From Vermamoeba vermiformis (lineage: Eukaryota): 54,614 nt of DNA. Both the position numbers and the translations under genes were made by a program. The notes beneath the pieces were generated by a model. That model was not told the origin of the DNA and made no database searches. It saw only the letters and a program-made list of their open reading frames with translations. Location of the stretch: contig JBEWZL010000195.1 of the NCBI GenBank assembly GCA_045837725.1, forward strand, positions 1-54,614, in the 5' to 3' direction. Shown here piece by piece: positions 49,263 to 54,614 of the stretch (positions are counted from its first letter, which is position 1; each line of letters begins with the position of its first letter).

Positions 49263-51714
49263 TTAATTTTTCTGCGTTGAAATAATCTTTGCAGCTATTT
49301 CAACGGCGGCTTCTATATCAGGTGCATAATACGCGTTCAATACGGCGTCAGTACATTCCGGAAAATGGTCCGCAAGTGAGGATCTGACACGTGTCAATTT
49401 TCGGTAATTGTTGTCAATGTACACGACCGGTCGGTCAATCAAAGTCGCCATAATTGATGCGTGCAATCGATCGGAAATGATCACGCGACCGCGACTAAGC
49501 ATTGAATTGCCTAATTGGGTTCGATACGACACCATCGCTTCGATGCTTTGGTCTTTGCCAGGATATAGATATCGATCTGGTAGTATCGCTGTGATATTGC
49601 TGACTACCTCGTCGGCCATTTTTGCCACAGGAAATCCCAAAATAGGAAAGTCGAAAAATTCCGCTGTCAAGTCCGCTTTCTTTGCTAAGTCCTTTATAGT
49701 TTGCTTGTCTAATGTAAGCGTATTAGTATTGTTAGATAATAAATACTATTGATATAAGTTGGTCCTTACTTGAAATAGCAGATTCGGAGTCTTGTCGGAT
49801 CAAGAAAAAAAGATCCACGACCGGATCTGCATTAGGCAACAACGGTCCGAGCATGAAAGCCGCATCGGGTAAGTAAATAGCCTTTTCTATTTTAAACTTA
49901 TCCTTGGCCAATTGCAAGGATTCGTTGTCTCGAAGCGTCATCGTCAAGTTTGGATGTCGGTAGCTTTTCACCGCCAGATCCAAGCGCTCTTGTGATTTGT
50001 AGTGGATACTTTGCGGCAACATGACTAGTCGTGCATTATACAAAAAGTTGTCGTAGCCAATCACATTGATCAGCTGCCATCGATCGCTGTCTGCTTCGGG
50101 ATAAATGTCACCCACATTGCCACCACCTGTCATGAACAAAACTCCGTTGTGAATGTCAATTTGTCCCTAAACATAAAAAACTCACATTAGCACCACTGAT
50201 ATTATGATTACTGATAACGTCGGTCTGGATTGGTCAATTTTTCAGATCTGGATGTGCCACGAATCCAATTACTTACCGTTATAAGTAGATTATACGATTT
50301 GAAATTATCTACCAGCGTAGGTGAGCGTTGTGCTATTTGTCCATATATATTCCATAGTGTAGTCTGGCCGTTGTAAATGAACGCATCGCCCAAGTTCCAA
50401 TGATCCGGAAAATGAACGACTGCAAAGTTAGCGTTGGGTTTGATCATTGATGATACTTGATCTATATATAACGATCGTGTTTTGTGCAGACACTGCTGTC
50501 GCATTTGCTTTCTCACGCCTACTGACATGGATCTGTCGTTGAAATCGATCGGTAGGATCTCCACACTTGGTTTCTTAAACGTAGTTTGTTCGGTATTATA
50601 ATCGATCTTTTGAGGTGAAGTTTGCCATTGTACGTGCACTATAAATAGCACAAAAGTCACAATGATGACACCTGTCAATTTTTGAGTCGCGTAGCTGTTG
50701 CGCTGTTGCATGATTCGAGGCGTTATAATATCGTTGTAATGCTGATCTATCAACGGCTCTTCATCAAATCTATTATATGCAGCCATGGCTATCAACACCA
50801 TCGATATTAAGACGATCAGTAAAGGGATCCCGGAACTCGTCAAGATGGCAGATGTGACTCCACAAATAAGACTCGCAGTAACAGTGGTCGTTTCCTTCGT
50901 TGTTGGTAATGATTGTCTCGTGCATATGAAAGCTAAACAAGCCAAAGAACCGCTTGCAATCAGCAATTTTAGGTCCGGAATTCGGTTCATGAACAAGTCC
51001 CGTTCGACAGGTGTTACGAGCCACAAGACGAGACACAACGCTGCGTCGGATACGATGTCCGATTGAACGACTATCATCTTCGAGTGCTGAGAGGATAATT
51101 TCTTGGCTTCTAGTCTGACTATCGATGAACTCGCTGCGAAAGCCACATCCAGCAATGAAATCGACTTGTTTGCTCGTAGAAATAAAATTGAGCCAACCAA
51201 ACTGAGCCACAGCATCTTCTTATTGTCTATTTTCTGCTCCATAGCATTGGTAGCAGTAATTGCCAGTAACTAAAAGCCACAAATTAGATCCGAATTTAAT
51301 ACACGTGATTTTGTGCTGTTGCTAATTTATCATTAAATATGTCGGCATATCGATAAGTCCATCGTAATTCGTAAGATATCGAAAAATTAATGTAATCATG
51401 ATAACGGAAGTGTTCCGCGTTTGTTTTACCTGGATCAAAACGTATGAGGTTAGATCGACGTTGCTTATCGCCAAAAAGAATAGTAACATCTCGCTTCCTC
51501 TATAAATAGCCAGTTCTACGTTCGCCGCGTTGAATATACGGGTTTCTTTGTTCATTCCTTGCAGCATCCCGTTAAAAATCAACGCCATTGCGGCACGGGC
51601 CATAGTTAATATCATAGGCGCCGATAATATCGATAGAAAATAATATGAGAGCAGAATTTTGGCCGTTTCAGCAGCGATGCCAGCAATAACATCGCGCTGG
51701 CACTGAATCCGCAT
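49263..51714 (-). CDS. Polysaccharide pyruvyltransferase (Pvg1-like) fused to an N-terminal multi-TM DMT/TPT-like domain
   Basis: Catalytic motifs HWNLGD, GGGNVGDIYP, LPQSIHY, LRDNES, PDAAFML and ISDRLHASI...PVVYIDNNYRKL. The upstream exons (51714-51430, then from 51269) encode many hydrophobic segments in frame. Confidence 0.85.
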
Positions 51715-51978
51715 GGTATACCAATTCTGATTCTTATTCTACTTATTCTATCTAAAAATAATGCCTCAACATGTGTCGTTCATGTTGTGCATAAATAAAT
51801 TCCAATAAACTGAAACACAACATTGGCAATGCAGAAAGATTCTGCCTGACAAATGACGGCTTTAAATTTAATTCGGGTATTTGAACGATTTCGTCAGCTT
51901 GACGATAGTTATAATTAAATCGATTATCTAATATTTGGAACTGCATAAATATTCGTAGCTTTTTGAATTGGGGGTGAG

Positions 51979-52112
51979 TGTAACGAATTGCGAATATCGT
52001 TGGAACGATATTGCGCATCGTTAGGGAAATGTCCCTTTCGATAGCATAAATAGCGCTGTAACTATCACAATAAACGTCTTCTTATCCTACTCCTTGTCTT
52101 ACAATCATTTCA
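51979..52112 (+). repeat. Candidate short 5' LTR (TGTAAC...TTACA at 52103, or ...TTCA at 52112)
   Basis: TG start, TATA-like CATAAATA, AATAAA and a CA end followed by TGGTTCCGAAC. The 3' LTR is outside the window, so the boundaries are unconfirmed. Confidence 0.5.
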
Positions 52113-52138
52113 TTTGGTTCCGAACATACCGGTCAACA

Positions 52139-53158
52139 ATGGAGCGAGATCTCGTCTCTCCGTTCAAGAAACTGTCACACGTGCCTATTTATAAGGAGCG
52201 GGAGGATATGAATATTGACTCTGCTAAAGTCAATAGTTTCATTGCTGCCGTTGATCCGATTCCTGATCCTGACACGCAACGTCAACAATGCTTTGAATGG
52301 TTCACCAACCTAGCTCTCACCGTTCAAATCTTCAGTCTCAACTCTGCCGAGCTTCTACGTGCTCTGATGACTCGATTGGCTTCTCACAAGCACCACATCC
52401 AAAAGTGTCTCAATGTTGACGATCCGCACAAAATTCTCGAGAATCTTTCTGCAAGCATTCTCAGAGTTAAGGCCTACGCTAGTCTCGATGAAATCCTCAA
52501 TTTTAGAATGACTTTTAACGAAACTGTTGAAAGTTATTTTAATCGAGCGGTGGAACTTACAACCCGCTCAGATCTTAAAAGCGAATCTCAACAACTCGAT
52601 CTGATCCTCAAAGGTTTGCCCAACGACTGGAAAGCTCAAATGGTCACGTTTCCCGAAGCCAAGAATGTAGAAGAACTCTACCAGCAACTCATTCAACTCG
52701 AAGATCGTCGCAGAAAGTTATTCCGACCTAAATCCGGATCTGAACAGAGAAATGTCAAACGAACGCCAGAAAAATCCAAAAATTCTGGTAAGCAACAAAA
52801 CGGTTCCAATTCTACGGCCAATATCACCTGCTTTGCTTGTGGTGGTAAAGGTCATTATTCGTACGAGTGCAACGTTGCATCTGACACTGCACGCGAAACT
52901 TTGCCCTTCGATCCTCGCAACGTCACAGTTCGCAAGAAAGATTATCGTACCTCGCCATCAGCCCCTTCTCAGCCCCAGAAGAGTTCAACTCCGTCAGATA
53001 CGTCTCGCTATGTTGCTCGCTCGCCCTACAAACCACCTGGTCAACGCCCACACGACATCGCCGAAGTCCACGAGATGAATTATGCTCCTCAACATGTCCA
53101 ATCAGCCCCTAACAACAACAACGTGAGATCTGTGCCTGGATCTCGTCCGGAAAACTAG
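52139..53158 (+). CDS. gag: Retrotransposon Gag
   Basis: ETVESYFNR (capsid MHR-like), ILKGLP, and the zinc knuckle CFACGGKGHYSYEC. Confidence 0.9.
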   Translation: MERDLVSPFKKLSHVPIYKEREDMNIDSAKVNSFIAAVDPIPDPDTQRQQCFEWFTNLALTVQIFSLNSAELLRALMTRLASHKHHIQKCLNVDDPHKILENLSASILRVKAYASLDEILNFRMTFNETVESYFNRAVELTTRSDLKSESQQLDLILKGLPNDWKAQMVTFPEAKNVEELYQQLIQLEDRRRKLFRPKSGSEQRNVKRTPEKSKNSGKQQNGSNSTANITCFACGGKGHYSYECNVASDTARETLPFDPRNVTVRKKDYRTSPSAPSQPQKSSTPSDTSRYVARSPYKPPGQRPHDIAEVHEMNYAPQHVQSAPNNNNVRSVPGSRPEN

Positions 53159-53208
53159 AACGCGACAAGAGTCAAGGCTCAACTGTTGTCGCGCAGTTAT
53201 TAGAGCCT
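53149..53208 (+). other. Programmed -1 ribosomal frameshift signal (G GAA AAC plus downstream stem/pseudoknot)
   Basis: Heptamer at 53149-53155 directly before the gag TAG. Stem CGCGACAA/TTGTCGCG starts 5 nt later, and the loop AGGCTC can pair with downstream GAGCCT. Confidence 0.7.
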
Positions 53209-54614
53209 ATGGATAAGAACAATGCGACCGACCACAACAACAAACCCGACACTCGCCCGCACATCCGTCTCGAAATTAATGACACTGCAGTGGATGCACT
53301 GGTTGACTCCGGAGCGTCTTTCACATTAATGAGAGTCGATGTCTACAATGCCCTACCCAACAAACCACCCCTCCAACCTCGATTCGCCAACTTGGGAGCG
53401 CTCAACGATACGCCGATCCCGAACATTGGTGAAATTTATGGATCAGTACGTATTAATTTGGTCACCTGGATAATACCAATTATTATCGTACCCCATATGC
53501 GCTCGCAATTTATTCTAGGGAATGATTTCCTCAGAAAATATCAAGCGTTACTAGATCAAGACAACAATCAACTCGTACTTCGCACTGACCCCAAGCACTC
53601 GCCCGTTACTCAAGAACGACAATTCATGAATATTCCGCCAGTCACTCCAATTCATCAAAAGCTCTATTTGGACGAAGAATTAGTTTTGGATCCGCGCACT
53701 CGAATCACTTATCAACTTCCAAACAACCGTGGCTCATTCTCTGGCATAGTAGAACCTAGCACACGCTTCAGACGCCTCTTCAAAGCTTCAGTTGGTCGTA
53801 CTCTTAGTGCTGTCCGCAACGGAGTAATGTACGTTCAATTTCTAAATATGGAATATCACGCCGTTACTATTCCTGCTGGTACTTTAATTGGACACTTTGT
53901 GCCCTACGATGACATCATCCTTCAACACCATCAAGGTCAAATCGCTTCTGTCGACAATGCTCAAGTCCCTGCCGCTCAGAAAGAAGAATTCTTCAAGAAA
54001 TTGGATCACTCGTTCCGAAAGTCCAAGATCAACACTGTTCAGTCACTCGCTCTTAAAGAAGTCTTGTTTCACTACCGTGATTTATTTGCCGACAATGACG
54101 AAGGAATGACAAATGTGTCAAACGTCAAATGTCACATCAATTTGACAGATCCGAATTCTCAGCCAGTTCAAGAACGACTCCGACGCACAACGCCACAACA
54201 GAAAGCCGTAATTGATGAAGAGATAGATTATATGCTTAAGAACAACGTAATAGAACCGTCTGAATCGCCATGGGCCGCGCCTGTCCATCTCGTCAAAAAG
54301 AAGAACGGAACATTTCGCTTTTGTATCGACTTTAGAGGGCTCAACGCCCTTACCAAGAAGGACGCCTATCCCCTGCCACGTATCGACGACACCCTGGATT
54401 CACTCGCAGGCATGGTTTACTTCACTACACTGGATGCACGAAAAGGCTATTGGCAAATCCTCATGAACGTCAACGACCGCGAGAAAACAGCTTTTGTATC
54501 ACACAGAGGCTTGTTTCAATTCAAACGAATGCCTTTTGGTTTAACGAACGCACCAGCAACATTTCAGCGAATGATGGATCTCGTACTTAGCGGTTTGCTC
54601 TATGAAATATGCTT
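53149..54614 (+). CDS. pol: Retrotransposon Pol (protease, dUTPase-like segment, reverse transcriptase), -1 frame relative to gag, partial
   Basis: Open to the window end. Protease motifs ALVDSGAS and ILGNDFL. RT motifs SPWAAPVHLVKKKNGTFRFCIDFRGLN, YPLPRID, LDARKGYWQI, KTAF and MPFGLTNAPATFQR. Confidence 0.93.

Larger units (their letters stand above)
51979..54614 (+). mobile_element. Ty3/Gypsy LTR retrotransposon (5' part; truncated by the window end)
   Basis: Candidate LTR, TGG-initiated PBS-like site, gag with a CCHC knuckle, and pol with protease followed by RT with no intervening integrase (Gypsy order). Confidence 0.93.

Noticed and set aside
51752-52018. 88-aa minus ORF upstream of the pyruvyltransferase
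   Set aside because: It overlaps the candidate LTR and AT-rich promoter, with no motifs or splice support.
1-54614. CRISPR arrays, prokaryotic operons or bacterial contamination
   Set aside because: No regularly spaced repeats were seen. Spliceosomal introns occur throughout, including in most bacterial-like genes.

Overview
Gene-dense, intron-rich eukaryotic DNA with short GT-AG introns (mostly 50-110 nt, CTAA-type branch sites). The gene content (MkkA-type MAP3K, HRDLAARN-type receptor kinase, MYRF/MrfA-type protein) suggests a free-living protist, probably an amoebozoan; this is inference. About 18 protein-coding genes were reconstructed by hand across splice sites, plus a 5S rRNA gene nested in an intron and the 5' part of an apparently intact Ty3/Gypsy LTR retrotransposon running off the right end. 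Highlights: (1) a MYRF-like self-cleaving (peptidase S74/ICA) membrane protein with an unfamiliar N-terminal domain and a plant-type LRR ectodomain, apparently carrying a frameshift; (2) a prodomain-less CAP-WSC-WSC-papain protease head-to-head with a stand-alone, membrane-anchored I29 inhibitor-domain gene, resembling a split zymogen or effector/immunity pair; (3) a pyruvyltransferase fused to a degenerate TPT/nucleotide-sugar-transporter-like domain; (4) the intronic 5S gene; (5) single-exon gene conversion between two diverged paralogs; (6) a strongly over-represented 12-bp palindrome TGACACGTGTCA. All domain calls come from motif recognition by eye; no searches were run.
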